Source: a virus (taxonomy: Duplodnaviria > Caudoviricetes). Taken from it: a DNA stretch of 53,690 bases. The stretch spans positions 1 to 53,690 of the IMG/VR virus record IMGVR_UViG_3300037756_000111, one strand, 5' to 3'. Every line of letters begins with the position of its first letter. The stretch's first letter is position 1. This document shows positions 16,607-26,365 of the stretch, in pieces. Both the position numbers and the translations under genes were made by a program. Under the pieces are notes generated by a model. It saw nothing but the letters and a program-made list of their open reading frames with translations, searched no databases and was not told where the DNA came from.

Positions 16607-16800
16607 TTCAAGTCCACCGCATCCTTGAGAAAAGCGATAGCTCGTGAGATCATGGCCTCAGCTTCCTCAATCCTCTTCTGCGTCACGTCTTGCGCCTCGC
16701 GCAAATGAGACCTTTCCTGGCGCAACTCATAAAGCTTGTTAACCAATTCGCCCGGAGTCAACTCGGGCTCTGCCTTTGCCTTCATTTCATCAAACATCAT
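16603..16800 (-). CDS. Small coiled-coil protein
   Basis: ATGA overlaps; heptad pattern. Confidence 0.6.
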   Translation of the reverse strand: MMFDEMKAKAEPELTPGELVNKLYELRQERSHLREAQDVTQKRIEEAEAMISRAIAFLKDAVDLK

Positions 16801-17042
16801 TTCTTCTTTCTCTTGTAGCGACGCCAATGAGCCAAGAACTCATCAGCAGATTGCCGGAGCTCACTGGTCCAGTAGACAAGCTCTGCGGAAGCCTTCTGAC
16901 CTTCCTCAGTTATCACCGACTGGTACAGAGTGCCTCCATCGTCATCATTCTCTGACTCAACAATCCACGTGATCTGGATACCGCCCTCCTGATCGAAGGC
17001 GATGCTTGCGATGGTCTGTTCCGACGGAACCTCTTCTCTCAT
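16797..17042 (-). CDS. Hypothetical protein
   Basis: Coupled ORF. Confidence 0.6.
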   Translation of the reverse strand: MREEVPSEQTIASIAFDQEGGIQITWIVESENDDDGGTLYQSVITEEGQKASAELVYWTSELRQSADEFLAHWRRYKRKKK

Positions 17043-17248
17043 TTCTTCTCCCTTGCCACGACCTTGCCCTTGTAGAAGGTCTCATGCCTCTCGGAAACAT
17101 TGGGGTTGACCACAACCTTCACCTGAAGATCCACGGGCACCCCGAAGAATTCTTCAGCTATGTGGCGCGCTCTGCGGTCAATTTCCTGGGCTGAGTTGCC
17201 CTTAACTATGTAGACCAGCTCCTGATGGGTGAACTCATGCATCGTCAT
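17039..17248 (-). CDS. Hypothetical protein
   Basis: Coupled ORF. Confidence 0.6.
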   Translation of the reverse strand: MTMHEFTHQELVYIVKGNSAQEIDRRARHIAEEFFGVPVDLQVKVVVNPNVSERHETFYKGKVVAREKK

Positions 17249-17459
17249 CGGGATCCCTTACCTCTTCAATCAGAACCTCATGATCACGAGTGAGCCTGCC
17301 GGTCCTTCTGTTCTCACGAATAGAAACCCCGACGACCTTGCCCTTAATGGTCACCTGAACATCTTCACCAAGGATGAGGGGTTCGGCGATAGCCCCTTTG
17401 AATTGTCGGATCGTCACCGAGCACCCATCCAGGTCCTCGCCCTCAAATCTGACTGCCAC
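17235..17459 (-). CDS. Hypothetical protein
   Basis: GGAGG RBS; coupled ORF. Confidence 0.65.
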   Translation of the reverse strand: MAVRFEGEDLDGCSVTIRQFKGAIAEPLILGEDVQVTIKGKVVGVSIRENRRTGRLTRDHEVLIEEVRDPDDDA

Positions 17460-17871
17460 GTTCGTCCCTCCACTGTTCGTACACCCGCTCGAGGGCCACT
17501 CCCTTAGCTAGGGAGAGCCTCCGTACCCAGGCTTCGTCCGTTTCGTTGGCCAAAGCATCAGCTACAGCCGAGACCAGATCGTACTCCTCCTGTTTACCAT
17601 GCGCCGCCAACGCGGCGTTCACGTGAAAGAATATGCCATAAGGTTCTCTGACCCGTATCCCTTGATCTTTTATGTACCGGACGGTGGCAATCAGGTCCCC
17701 GAAAGACCAACCATTCACCGCCATTTCGTCTTTCAACTGGCCCAAGAACACGGCTCTACGCCCGCCGGGCGGGTGACTGACACCCAATTGTTCTCGTAGA
17801 TATAGAGAGAACTCAAAAGGATTGGAGGGAAGTTCACCTGAAGTATGGTTAGAAATAGAACGACGGTTCAC
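17443..17871 (-). CDS. Hypothetical replication-region protein
   Basis: GTG 17871 overlaps the upstream stop. Confidence 0.6.
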   Translation of the reverse strand: MNRRSISNHTSGELPSNPFEFSLYLREQLGVSHPPGGRRAVFLGQLKDEMAVNGWSFGDLIATVRYIKDQGIRVREPYGIFFHVNAALAAHGKQEEYDLVSAVADALANETDEAWVRRLSLAKGVALERVYEQWRDERGSQI

Positions 17872-17987
17872 TGCCACTCGGCTACCTCCGCACAATCTCT
17901 GCACACATCGAATGTGACGGATACTGGAGCCGTAAATATCACCAACCGGTCAGCTGGAGCCTGGTCGCAACTCATACACAAGGTCAC
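17868..17987 (-). CDS. Small Zn-ribbon protein
   Basis: CMSC...CRDC; GTGA overlap with the primase-helicase stop. Confidence 0.55.
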   Translation of the reverse strand: MTLCMSCDQAPADRLVIFTAPVSVTFDVCRDCAEVAEWQ

Positions 17988-19864
17988 CACGATGGGCCTG
18001 CGAAACCGCCCGAGTGTAACTTCAATACTTCTTCGTACAGGGCCTGCGAGTCGTACATCTTCCATTCCACCCTCACTTTCTCGTCCATCTCCCCCTTCGG
18101 TATCATCGCCAACGAATAGGGGGTCCAAAGCATCGAGACTACCCGCCCCTTGTTCCCGTGTCGTGACTTCAAGATCTCGAGGCGCACCTCCGCTCGCTTG
18201 AGCGAATCCATTTCCTCGTCATCTTCCTTGCCTGCTTCAGGCCTGTAGAGACTGAACACAAAATCTGCTGTCTCTTCTACAGTTCCAGCATCTCGAGCAA
18301 CATCCATCTCAAACCGCTGTCCAACCTTTCCTTCACGTGAAACTTGGTGCGGCGTGATAATCACCACGCCCAAGTCTTTAGCGAATCGCTTCAACTCCAT
18401 GATGGCGTCAGAGACCTGGTGGTACCTGTCTTTGCCTCGAAAGGCTCTAGCCCAATAACCCAAATAGTCCACCAACATCACCCGTGGCGGCTCACCAATC
18501 CTGTCGATGAACTCCTCATAGAGGGCTGGAACATCAGCAGGAGGAATCCGGTTCTCGTCACAAATGAGGAAATTGTGGTACCAGTCACCCATCTCTTTAG
18601 GTGAAGCCCATGGATTATAGATACGCCCCACTCGCTCCAATCGGCTCGTCGTCTCAGCCTTAGTTTGTTCAAGTGACAGAAGCAAAGTCGGCACTCCCGG
18701 CCCGTGCTTGTCGCCTTTGAAATTTGACCACGCGCTGAGATTATGTGCTATCTGGGTCAGCATCGCCGTCTTCCCCTCTCCAGTTTTGGCCAGTACCACC
18801 ATCACCTGGCCAGGGAGAAGGCCTGGACTCAACGACCAATCGAGGTCTTTCCAACCCAACTTGAGGCCCTGAAGACCGAGCATCTCGTCACGCTCTTTAA
18901 GACCATCCAAGAACTCATAAAGTCGATGCCCACGCATCTGATCCAAAAGGACCTGAAACTCATCCTTCGTGTGAAGGTCGCGAAGGAAGTACTCGGTGAC
19001 GTCTGTTGAGGCGGCTTCATCAGGTACCGGGAGGTCCACGATGCGGGCACGCTTTCCCAAGAACTGCTCAACTTTGGCGGCACCTTTCTCTCCCGCGTCA
19101 TCGGCATCAAGCACGACGAAGACTCTCTTGGCGCCCTCGAACCAGGTGTTCCAGCCCTCCTGATAGTTAAGGGCCCCGGGTATAGCGCACGTGCTATAAC
19201 CCTGTTGATCCAGAAACATGGCATCAAGCTCACCCTCGCACAGGACTACCTCTTTGTGGCCCCGGAGATTGTCCACCCCGAACAGATAGACGTTGGTGTC
19301 TTTCGCCTGAAGAATGCCCCCACCGTCGATGGACTTGCCACGAATCGTGACGATATGATCACGCTGGTAGTAGGGGATAACAACCCTGTCCCAGAACAGG
19401 GGGTAGTTCTTGCCGTTCCTCTCGTTTACGAGCCCGGCGTGCCTGAGATCTGCGATAGACCACCGCTCAAGCAACCGACCCATCAGGTTCTTGTCAGCCC
19501 ATCCGAGTCGGTACTTGGCGATAGTGGCCGAGGTCAGACCCCTCTCCCTACGGAGATAGTCCCTAGCCCCTGGCGCGTCGAACAGCGCATCGGTACACAA
19601 ATCTACCATGTCGGCCCACACGTGCCATTTGTGAGCTAGGTCGCGAGTGAACGGCTCGGGCTTGTCACCAAGCATCACCTGGAGTGCGTAGAACGACCCC
19701 TTCTCCCCGCACTTGTGACATATGAATGCCCCATGATCACGGTTTACATACAGGTGCCCGTACTTGTTCTTATCCCCACAAAAAGGGCACTGCGTCTGAT
19801 GTTCGCCTGGCGCTGCCCTGAGCTTGAACCCCTTATCGAGGAGGTATTGCTCTGGGCTGATCAT
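17984..19864 (-). CDS. Bifunctional DNA primase-helicase
   Basis: Zn finger CPFC...H...CHKC; TOPRIM CEGELD and DAD; DnaB-like AKTGEGKT, VDYL, HQVSR, KSRHG. Confidence 0.93.
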   Translation of the reverse strand: MISPEQYLLDKGFKLRAAPGEHQTQCPFCGDKNKYGHLYVNRDHGAFICHKCGEKGSFYALQVMLGDKPEPFTRDLAHKWHVWADMVDLCTDALFDAPGARDYLRRERGLTSATIAKYRLGWADKNLMGRLLERWSIADLRHAGLVNERNGKNYPLFWDRVVIPYYQRDHIVTIRGKSIDGGGILQAKDTNVYLFGVDNLRGHKEVVLCEGELDAMFLDQQGYSTCAIPGALNYQEGWNTWFEGAKRVFVVLDADDAGEKGAAKVEQFLGKRARIVDLPVPDEAASTDVTEYFLRDLHTKDEFQVLLDQMRGHRLYEFLDGLKERDEMLGLQGLKLGWKDLDWSLSPGLLPGQVMVVLAKTGEGKTAMLTQIAHNLSAWSNFKGDKHGPGVPTLLLSLEQTKAETTSRLERVGRIYNPWASPKEMGDWYHNFLICDENRIPPADVPALYEEFIDRIGEPPRVMLVDYLGYWARAFRGKDRYHQVSDAIMELKRFAKDLGVVIITPHQVSREGKVGQRFEMDVARDAGTVEETADFVFSLYRPEAGKEDDEEMDSLKRAEVRLEILKSRHGNKGRVVSMLWTPYSLAMIPKGEMDEKVRVEWKMYDSQALYEEVLKLHSGGFAGPSW

Positions 19865-19865
19865 G

Positions 19866-20306
19866 TCAGAAAGGGTTCTCGGTTGGCTGCTCTATCGCAG
19901 CTTTCGATGCCTTTCCTGCTGGAATGACTTCCTTGACACGCATCCAAATGGTGCCCTCTTTGCCTGGCTTGTGCTCAATCAGAATCCGACACGGCAATCC
20001 GATCAGATTATCGGTCGAGAAAGCCGGATCGTCTTCACTAAAGGCCTTGCCCGTCAGCGCCTTGACCCAATGGTAAGGCTTGCAGTTGGGGTGCGGATTG
20101 AAGTTGATCGAGGTCTCGCCAATGATGTCTGCACCAAACCACTCGTTGTCTGGTTCCGTGACAGTGAACAGCCACTTCAGCTTCTCGATCTTCTTGTTCT
20201 GGTGAACAAACTCGTGATACTCGACGCCCGCGACGCGAGCATCCACGATGGCATTTTCCTCAAGCAACGGCCGCGTCGGCCCTCTCTTGAATTCCCATCC
20301 ACTCAT
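19866..20306 (-). CDS. Putative single-stranded DNA-binding protein
   Basis: Beta-rich, ends ENPF, lies between the Sak4-like gene and the primase. Confidence 0.55.
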   Translation of the reverse strand: MSGWEFKRGPTRPLLEENAIVDARVAGVEYHEFVHQNKKIEKLKWLFTVTEPDNEWFGADIIGETSINFNPHPNCKPYHWVKALTGKAFSEDDPAFSTDNLIGLPCRILIEHKPGKEGTIWMRVKEVIPAGKASKAAIEQPTENPF

Positions 20307-20310
20307 TTGA

Positions 20311-21579
20311 CTATCCCTTCCTTGCGTTGTCTAGTGCCGCCTTGAAATGTTCTCGGCAATACACCTTGTCCGGAAAGCGAATCTTCGTGACTTCACGTAG
20401 ATCCTCGTCGTCTACGGATGCCGAACACACCTCGCAAACGAATTCTGCTGTGATCCCGCCTTCGGCCAGGATCTCAAGCGTCTGGTCCATAGTGGGTTCC
20501 GGCCCGCTATCGGTGCTGTCAGGCTCGGGGTGGGATTCCGATTCCTCTGGCGTGCTAGCGGTGGGCGGCTCCACTACGTCAAGCACCTCCTGGGTCCCTT
20601 GGGTAGGTTCCAGTACCGGTGCCTCAACTTCAGCCGCTACCTCGACAGGAAGGTCAGGGGCTTCGGTCTCTGTAGTTTTACCACGTGGCTTCAAAGTCTT
20701 CTTCGCCTGAAGCTCCTCGGGAGTGGGAACAGCCGCACCAGAATTAGATACAACCCGCTCGGCCCCAATGGTATCTATCACCTGACGCTCTTGGCCCTCG
20801 CCCCAACGCTCACTAGCCATGAAGGTCTTGAGCAAGCGATCCCAGTCGCCGACGAAATTCGACGAGAGCGGAAACCGTGCGGGCATGTTGCCCGAGTGAT
20901 CCTTGACCCAAGGATACATGCGTGACGAGTGAGTCAGAAGCACTCGCTGCACCACAGCATCTCCATCCTGATCCAAGGTCTCGAAGGTGTCGAGTGCCCC
21001 CACGACGTCAAACCAACTCGAAGCCTCGTTCTTGGCAGCACCCTGAAGCGCCAACTCGCGCACCATGAATCCATCCTGTCCATCCTGAGAAGCCGTCAGG
21101 TGAAACAACACGATTACATGCATGGGCAAATCTATCAAGGTCTGCATCACGGAACGATAAGCATCAGCCAGCCAGGTCCAGTCACCTGGACCAAACTCTC
21201 CTCGGTTCTTGGCTCGTCTCGCCGAAGCCATCTGCTGGAACAACTGATCGCCCGTGTCGACCGTGATCGCCTTGTACTTGTTCTCGCCCAGCATGGCCTT
21301 CATCTGAAGGTTGGAAACCAGTACGTGAAGTTGGTCTTGGACTGTGGACTCGACAGACCCATCGGACCGGATCTTGTTCCCGAGCTTCACGTGAGGCAGG
21401 AACCTGTCCGCCACCGACTTGATCGGGGAGTCAACAAACCACACAAATAGGTTCTCCCCTGGCTCACATGTAGAGGCCAGCAAGGTCTTGGCCGCTCCGG
21501 GGTAACCGGCGACAGCCACCTTCCACGGCCCCTCCCGGTCCTCGCGACCGGTAATTTGAATCTCTAGTTCTTCGGCCAT
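20311..21579 (-). CDS. Sak4-like/AAA_24 ATPase with acidic linker and C-terminal Zn finger
   Basis: GYPGAAKT, ITVDT, WFDVVG, WVKDHSG; CEVC...CREH. Confidence 0.8.
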   Translation of the reverse strand: MAEELEIQITGREDREGPWKVAVAGYPGAAKTLLASTCEPGENLFVWFVDSPIKSVADRFLPHVKLGNKIRSDGSVESTVQDQLHVLVSNLQMKAMLGENKYKAITVDTGDQLFQQMASARRAKNRGEFGPGDWTWLADAYRSVMQTLIDLPMHVIVLFHLTASQDGQDGFMVRELALQGAAKNEASSWFDVVGALDTFETLDQDGDAVVQRVLLTHSSRMYPWVKDHSGNMPARFPLSSNFVGDWDRLLKTFMASERWGEGQERQVIDTIGAERVVSNSGAAVPTPEELQAKKTLKPRGKTTETEAPDLPVEVAAEVEAPVLEPTQGTQEVLDVVEPPTASTPEESESHPEPDSTDSGPEPTMDQTLEILAEGGITAEFVCEVCSASVDDEDLREVTKIRFPDKVYCREHFKAALDNARKG

Positions 21580-21887
21580 CGTTCCTTCTTTCCTTGGTTC
21601 CCGCCCCAGCGATCTGCGCTAGCGCGGGTTCGTCCCTGTCCGGGCAAAATAGCTTCATCCGGTTCTAATTCATCGGTGAACTTCATGTGAAGACCCTTGC
21701 GGAAGGCCTGGGCCTCAGGATACTCGTCGCAATAGACACACACGCCAGGTGAATGCAACACCCGGTTATCACAGTGAACAAGTATGTCACGCTCCTCCAG
21801 AAAGGCCAAGTATGCCTCAGTCGCCCGAAGGCCTCGACCAAGTTCCTGCACTTCAGGACCAAGAGCTTCGAACAAGTCTTCGGTCAT
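21564..21887 (-). CDS. Conserved phage Cys/His protein
   Basis: HCDNRVLHSPGVCVYCD...WGGN. Confidence 0.7.
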   Translation of the reverse strand: MTEDLFEALGPEVQELGRGLRATEAYLAFLEERDILVHCDNRVLHSPGVCVYCDEYPEAQAFRKGLHMKFTDELEPDEAILPGQGRTRASADRWGGNQGKKERWPKN

Positions 21888-22141
21888 GTCTTGCCCAAAT
21901 TCTGTAGAGTTGCCTCATAGTCAGCCTTCATACGAAGATCATCGGGCAGCGCCCGTATTTCCAGGGGCATCAAATGCTCATCCGGTATCTCTAGGGTCAG
22001 CTTCACCACCCTCGTTGCAGACTCTCCTATGTTCTGAGGCTCAGCTTGTGTCATCGACACCACCTTCAAACCAGTAATCTTGGAAGAGGGGGGATTCTTC
22101 ACGGGAACAACCTGCAGGTACACAACACCTTTTGCCATCAC
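21884..22141 (-). CDS. Hypothetical protein
   Basis: ATGA overlaps; GGAG RBS. Confidence 0.65.
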   Translation of the reverse strand: MMAKGVVYLQVVPVKNPPSSKITGLKVVSMTQAEPQNIGESATRVVKLTLEIPDEHLMPLEIRALPDDLRMKADYEATLQNLGKT

Positions 22142-22932
22142 ATCTCCACTGGATTGGGCATGCCAGAACCACAGACTTCACCCACGAATGGGCAGTAACC
22201 GCAGTTTTCGCCTTTGATATCGAGGGGAAAAATGTCAGCCTGGATCGCCTTGTCCATCTCAATCACAGCCAAATACAAACGCTGGTAGTCGAGAGCCTCG
22301 CGGTCACCAGCATTCCACATCTTGTTGTTGCGGGCGTGGTACCACCAACCGCCTCGCTGATAGTCCGCAAACCGAGTGTGTCCATCTTCGAAGCCTGGAA
22401 CCCTAGTCCAAAACTCGGGTCGCATGGTGGCATAACAGTAAGCCGTGAACTGGATGTTGTATCGAAGCTTCTCGGGAACATGCGCACCGGTCTTGATATC
22501 GACTACCTCCAAGCGCTTCTGTCCCTCCCGTATCCAAAGCTTGTCGATGGTCCCCTGAAGCACGTGCTCTCCGATAGGAACTTCGAACTGAATCTCGGTC
22601 CCGACCAATGCTCCCTGGAACGGAAGAAGCTCGTGATACTCATCAAGCATCTTGAGCCCGCGCTCGAGAAGACTCTGCCAGGTCGTAGAGCGATGATAGA
22701 AATCCACCTTCTCACCTAGCTCGTCGGGATGCTCCCAATACCAGGCAAAGGTGCGTCTCGCCAGATCGAGGTCGTTGTCGAACTCTTCATAGACCTCAAC
22801 GGCGTAATGCCAGACCGTGCCCATGACAGTCAAGGAACCAGAAAGTTCTTTGCCTATACCTAAAACTTGAGACAGGAAAAATTGCTGGGCGCAGTTACCG
22901 AACTGCTTCAGCCCGCTCTGCCGGACTATCAC
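22138..22932 (-). CDS. Cas4/RecB-family PD-(D/E)XK exonuclease
   Basis: C...GTVWH, GTID, VDIKTG, QFTAY, CGYCPFVGEVC. Confidence 0.9.
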   Translation of the reverse strand: MIVRQSGLKQFGNCAQQFFLSQVLGIGKELSGSLTVMGTVWHYAVEVYEEFDNDLDLARRTFAWYWEHPDELGEKVDFYHRSTTWQSLLERGLKMLDEYHELLPFQGALVGTEIQFEVPIGEHVLQGTIDKLWIREGQKRLEVVDIKTGAHVPEKLRYNIQFTAYCYATMRPEFWTRVPGFEDGHTRFADYQRGGWWYHARNNKMWNAGDREALDYQRLYLAVIEMDKAIQADIFPLDIKGENCGYCPFVGEVCGSGMPNPVEM

Positions 22933-23809
22933 TTACGTACTTCTCCCATCTGGTGTCAGACATGAATCCCGGAGGTTTCCACCCCAAGTGATTCCATGTC
23001 TGGGTCGGGTCGACACAGTATCCGACATCGACACCACGTCGTTCAGGTGAAACAATATGGGGCACCCCACCGATGCGGTCCAGCACCCTACCAAGAGTGT
23101 GTTCTTCCCCTGTGGCAATGTTGCGAACGAAGCACACCCCGGGACCCGGCCGATCCACTGACAACTGATATATCGCCTTCACGTTGTCTTCCACGTACAG
23201 CCAGTCTCGCTCGAAGCCATAGCCGTGGACCACCATCGGGATCCCAGTCCGCTTGGCCTTGAGGGCTGCTGGAATGAACTTCTCCTCATGCTGTCGAGGA
23301 CCCCAATTGTTTGAGCTACGGGTAATGACGGCGGCCACATCAAAGCTCCGCACATAGGTCTGAACCATGAACTCTGCTGCGGCTTTGGTGGCCGCGTAAG
23401 GATTCTGGGGGTGGAGGGCGTCTGTCTCCCTGTGGGGGAAAGGATCGTCTCCGTACACCTCGTCAGTCGATATCTGAACAAAGGTAATGGGCTTGTCTCT
23501 GACCGCCTCCAGAAGGGACACCACCCCATCGACATTGCTTCGCGTGAAGGTCGGAACCGATCGGTAAGAGCTATCTACGTGAGACTCGGCAGCGAAGTTG
23601 ACCACCACGTCAGGCTTATAGCGAGCCACCACATCCTTCACGAGACGCTCGTCACAGATATCTCCGACCACCCGGTCTTCCGTATAGAGATCGGGATTCG
23701 ATGAATAGGTAAGGGCGTCGACTATCAGGAAGTCTTCTCCCTCGGTCGCGAGCAAGTCTGCGAAGTGACTGCCTATGAAACCGAGTCCACCAGTTACTAG
23801 CCAACGCAC
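22895..23809 (-). CDS. rmlB: dTDP-glucose 4,6-dehydratase
   Basis: VTGGLGFIGS, DALTY, FAAESHVD, ISTDEVYG, YAATKA, RDWLYVED. Confidence 0.9.
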   Translation of the reverse strand: MRWLVTGGLGFIGSHFADLLATEGEDFLIVDALTYSSNPDLYTEDRVVGDICDERLVKDVVARYKPDVVVNFAAESHVDSSYRSVPTFTRSNVDGVVSLLEAVRDKPITFVQISTDEVYGDDPFPHRETDALHPQNPYAATKAAAEFMVQTYVRSFDVAAVITRSSNNWGPRQHEEKFIPAALKAKRTGIPMVVHGYGFERDWLYVEDNVKAIYQLSVDRPGPGVCFVRNIATGEEHTLGRVLDRIGGVPHIVSPERRGVDVGYCVDPTQTWNHLGWKPPGFMSDTRWEKYVSDSPAERAEAVR

Positions 23810-24370
23810 TCAGTTTACCTCTAAGTCGTGAACGGCCTCACGCAATTGGACACGCAAATCAGCGATGATCTTTATCAAGTCCTCTTTGTTGGGACGCTCC
23901 TCGATGAGTTCTCGCAGCTTGAGAACTTCACCTTGCAAAGCCAGCACCTCTGTCCGGCTGGCATCCAGCTTCTGTTCCAGCCTCAAAAAAGAATCTCCAA
24001 ACGACAAGGGGCTCTGCAATTCATCAGCCACCTTATTGATCAAAGCGCGTCGCGCGTGGCTGCCATACAACGAACCCGCAGCAATCAAAGCAACCACCGC
24101 AACAACAAGAATACGTCGCATGAGGATTGCACTGCCATCAGGTAGAAACATTGCCATAAACAAGAGGGTTGCCAGAAGCAATAACTTCACGGACCTCAAC
24201 GACTCATTGATAATGGTGCTATCACTCAATGACTTAAGCGCACCGTTCTTCCCTGAACGCGACAACAACACACCATCGACAATGGCCTGCACCAACAAAT
24301 ACAGACTCGCGGTCGAAGCCACCCCCGTAAGCACCATAGAAATGATCAAGACGATCTGTGCCGATTCCAT
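23810..24370 (-). CDS. Membrane protein, 3 TM helices plus coiled coil
   Basis: Hydrophobic segments and heptad C-terminus. Confidence 0.7.
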   Translation of the reverse strand: MESAQIVLIISMVLTGVASTASLYLLVQAIVDGVLLSRSGKNGALKSLSDSTIINESLRSVKLLLLATLLFMAMFLPDGSAILMRRILVVAVVALIAAGSLYGSHARRALINKVADELQSPLSFGDSFLRLEQKLDASRTEVLALQGEVLKLRELIEERPNKEDLIKIIADLRVQLREAVHDLEVN

Positions 24371-24513
24371 CTAACTTCCCCCCTGGACATCAAGATCTGT
24401 AACTGCAACTGCAGCAACGCAATCCGCGCACTGGCTTCAGCCTTTTCGCGCTCGCGTTCATCACGCTCTTTATCCGTCTCGACCCTTACTTCATCCGTCT
24501 TGATCTTAGCCAT
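24346..24513 (-). CDS. Small hypothetical protein
   Basis: AAGGA RBS before ATG 24513. Confidence 0.55.
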   Translation of the reverse strand: MAKIKTDEVRVETDKERDEREREKAEASARIALLQLQLQILMSRGEVRWNRHRSS

Positions 24514-24514
24514 T

Positions 24515-24787
24515 TTAAGGCTTCTTTCCTTCGACTTCTGCAAGTCTCGCCTTGATCATTTGCTCGGCTATGTCAGTTCCCTTAAGGGCTATATCCCTCC
24601 AAAACTCACTGTCTCTTTGTGCCTGACGAATTTGGTCATCTTTGATCGACACCACCGACTTTGGCACCAACCAACCATTGATCAGCGCCAACACCAACCA
24701 GCCCAGTACTCCTACTGCGCTTCCTCCTGTCAGCAGATCAACAAATTCTGGCGTCAAGTCCTCGGCCTTCACGTGAACAATGACCAA
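24515..24787 (-). CDS. Small holin-like membrane protein
   Basis: One TM helix then GWLVP...RDSEFWR pattern; start uncertain. Confidence 0.6.
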   Translation of the reverse strand: MVIVHVKAEDLTPEFVDLLTGGSAVGVLGWLVLALINGWLVPKSVVSIKDDQIRQAQRDSEFWRDIALKGTDIAEQMIKARLAEVEGKKP

Positions 24788-25457
24788 CTCTAATAGGTAT
24801 CATGGACATATGACTGATCACCCAGCAAAATACAGCCCTAAAGTACTCCAAACCATCTCGAACATGCTGGGCCAGCCGCGCAAAGGGAGCAATAAGATCC
24901 TCGATCCCTTCGCTGGAACGGGACTGATCCATAGCCTGAGACCCACTTGGCATACCATCGGAGTCGAAATTGAACAGGAGTGGGCGGCCCTCAGTCCCCA
25001 TACGGTCCACGAAGACGCTCTTATCTTCCTGGGTTATACGCCTGACGAGTGGTACGACGCCATCGTCACCTCACCATGCTTCGGGAACCGCATGGCTGAC
25101 CACCACGACGCAAAAGACTCCTCCAAACGGATCACCTACCGCCACATGCTGGGCAGAGCCCTGAGCGCTGGCAGTGCGGCAGGCATGCCGTGGGGCAACC
25201 GCTACCGAGACTTCCATTCTGAGATCTGGACGGAGTGCGCTCGAGTCCTCAAGCCAGGTGGGGACTTCATCCTCCACATCTCAGACCACATCAGGAAGGG
25301 CGAGGTTCAGCCTGTCTCGCAATGGCACCGCGATGTTCTCGTGAAGGAAGGTTTGAAGTTCATCGAAGGCCTAGAAATTACCTCCCGCCGGATGCGCTTC
25401 GGCGCTAACCGCGAGCTGCGGGTGGTCTCTGAATACGTCTACCATTTCAAAAAATGA
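24780..25457 (+). CDS. DNA amino-(N4/N6) methyltransferase
   Basis: ILDPFAGTG, GVEIE, VTSPCFGN, RVLKPGG. Confidence 0.85.
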   Translation: MTNSNRYHGHMTDHPAKYSPKVLQTISNMLGQPRKGSNKILDPFAGTGLIHSLRPTWHTIGVEIEQEWAALSPHTVHEDALIFLGYTPDEWYDAIVTSPCFGNRMADHHDAKDSSKRITYRHMLGRALSAGSAAGMPWGNRYRDFHSEIWTECARVLKPGGDFILHISDHIRKGEVQPVSQWHRDVLVKEGLKFIEGLEITSRRMRFGANRELRVVSEYVYHFKK

Positions 25458-26101
25458 GATTGCTCGACCTGTTCTGTGGTGCTGGTGGAGCTTCCATGGG
25501 ATATCACCGAGCAGGTTTCGATGAGATCGTAGGCATCGACAATCGCCCTCAGCCCAACTACCCATTCACCTTCATCCTGGGGGATGCCACGCAACCCCCG
25601 ATAGACCTGGCTGCCTTCGACCTCATCCACGCCTCCCCACCATGCCAGGCATACAGCACGCTCAGACACCAACAGAGCCATACCTATCCCGAACTGATCC
25701 CAGTGGTGCGCCGGGCACTTGCCGGGAGACCCTACTGGGTGATCGAAAATGTGGTCGGAGCCAAGCAATCGTTGATAAACCCAATCAAGCTGTGTGGATC
25801 TCACTTCAACCTTCACCTGAACGATGGCTCAGAGTTGAGAAGACATCGCCTTTTCGAAACCTCTTTTCCAGTACCTGAACCCAAGTGCAACCACGTGGGA
25901 CAGGTCCTCGGGGTCTACGGACGGCTGGAACCAATACGTAGACTCAGCAATGTCAACCGCCGCCCCAAGGGAGACCGGAAGGCAAGCAGGGCAGAGGCCA
26001 GAGAGCTAATGCAGATCGACTGGATGACCGACAAAGAACTGGTCGAGGCCATCCCTCCTTCTTACACCGAATACATAGGACGCGAGTTCCTGAAGCTATG
26101 A
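25454..26101 (+). CDS. DNA cytosine-C5 methyltransferase (short phage type)
   Basis: LDLFCGAGG, ASPPCQ, IENV, RHRLFE, EAIPP. Confidence 0.9.
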   Translation: MRLLDLFCGAGGASMGYHRAGFDEIVGIDNRPQPNYPFTFILGDATQPPIDLAAFDLIHASPPCQAYSTLRHQQSHTYPELIPVVRRALAGRPYWVIENVVGAKQSLINPIKLCGSHFNLHLNDGSELRRHRLFETSFPVPEPKCNHVGQVLGVYGRLEPIRRLSNVNRRPKGDRKASRAEARELMQIDWMTDKELVEAIPPSYTEYIGREFLKL

Positions 26102-26301
26102 GGGAGTGGCCTGACGGAATGACGAGGCTCTGCAAATGCCTCAGCTTCAATAGACACACCACCGGAATCTGCTCAGCCTGGACCCCTCGCTACCGTCGGT
26201 TCGACAACGACATGCGAGCCTATTGCAACTCCTGCCTATGGCACTGCGTTAAACTTTTCGGGGATGAACCTCAGGCACCTGAATCGTCGCGATATTCGTA
26301 A
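26098..26301 (+). CDS. Small Cys-rich protein containing RRFDN
   Basis: ATGA overlap; CKC...H...C...CNSC. Confidence 0.55.
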   Translation: MREWPDGMTRLCKCLSFNRHTTGICSAWTPRYRRFDNDMRAYCNSCLWHCVKLFGDEPQAPESSRYS

Positions 26302-26365
26302 AGACGCATCTATCTGCTCCTACTGTCTCGGGCACAACTCCCACTGGTGGGACACTCCGGACTAT

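Noticed and set aside
22138-22932. CRISPR-Cas locus suggested by the Cas4-like gene
   Set aside because: No repeat-spacer array or other cas genes. The context is a phage recombination module.
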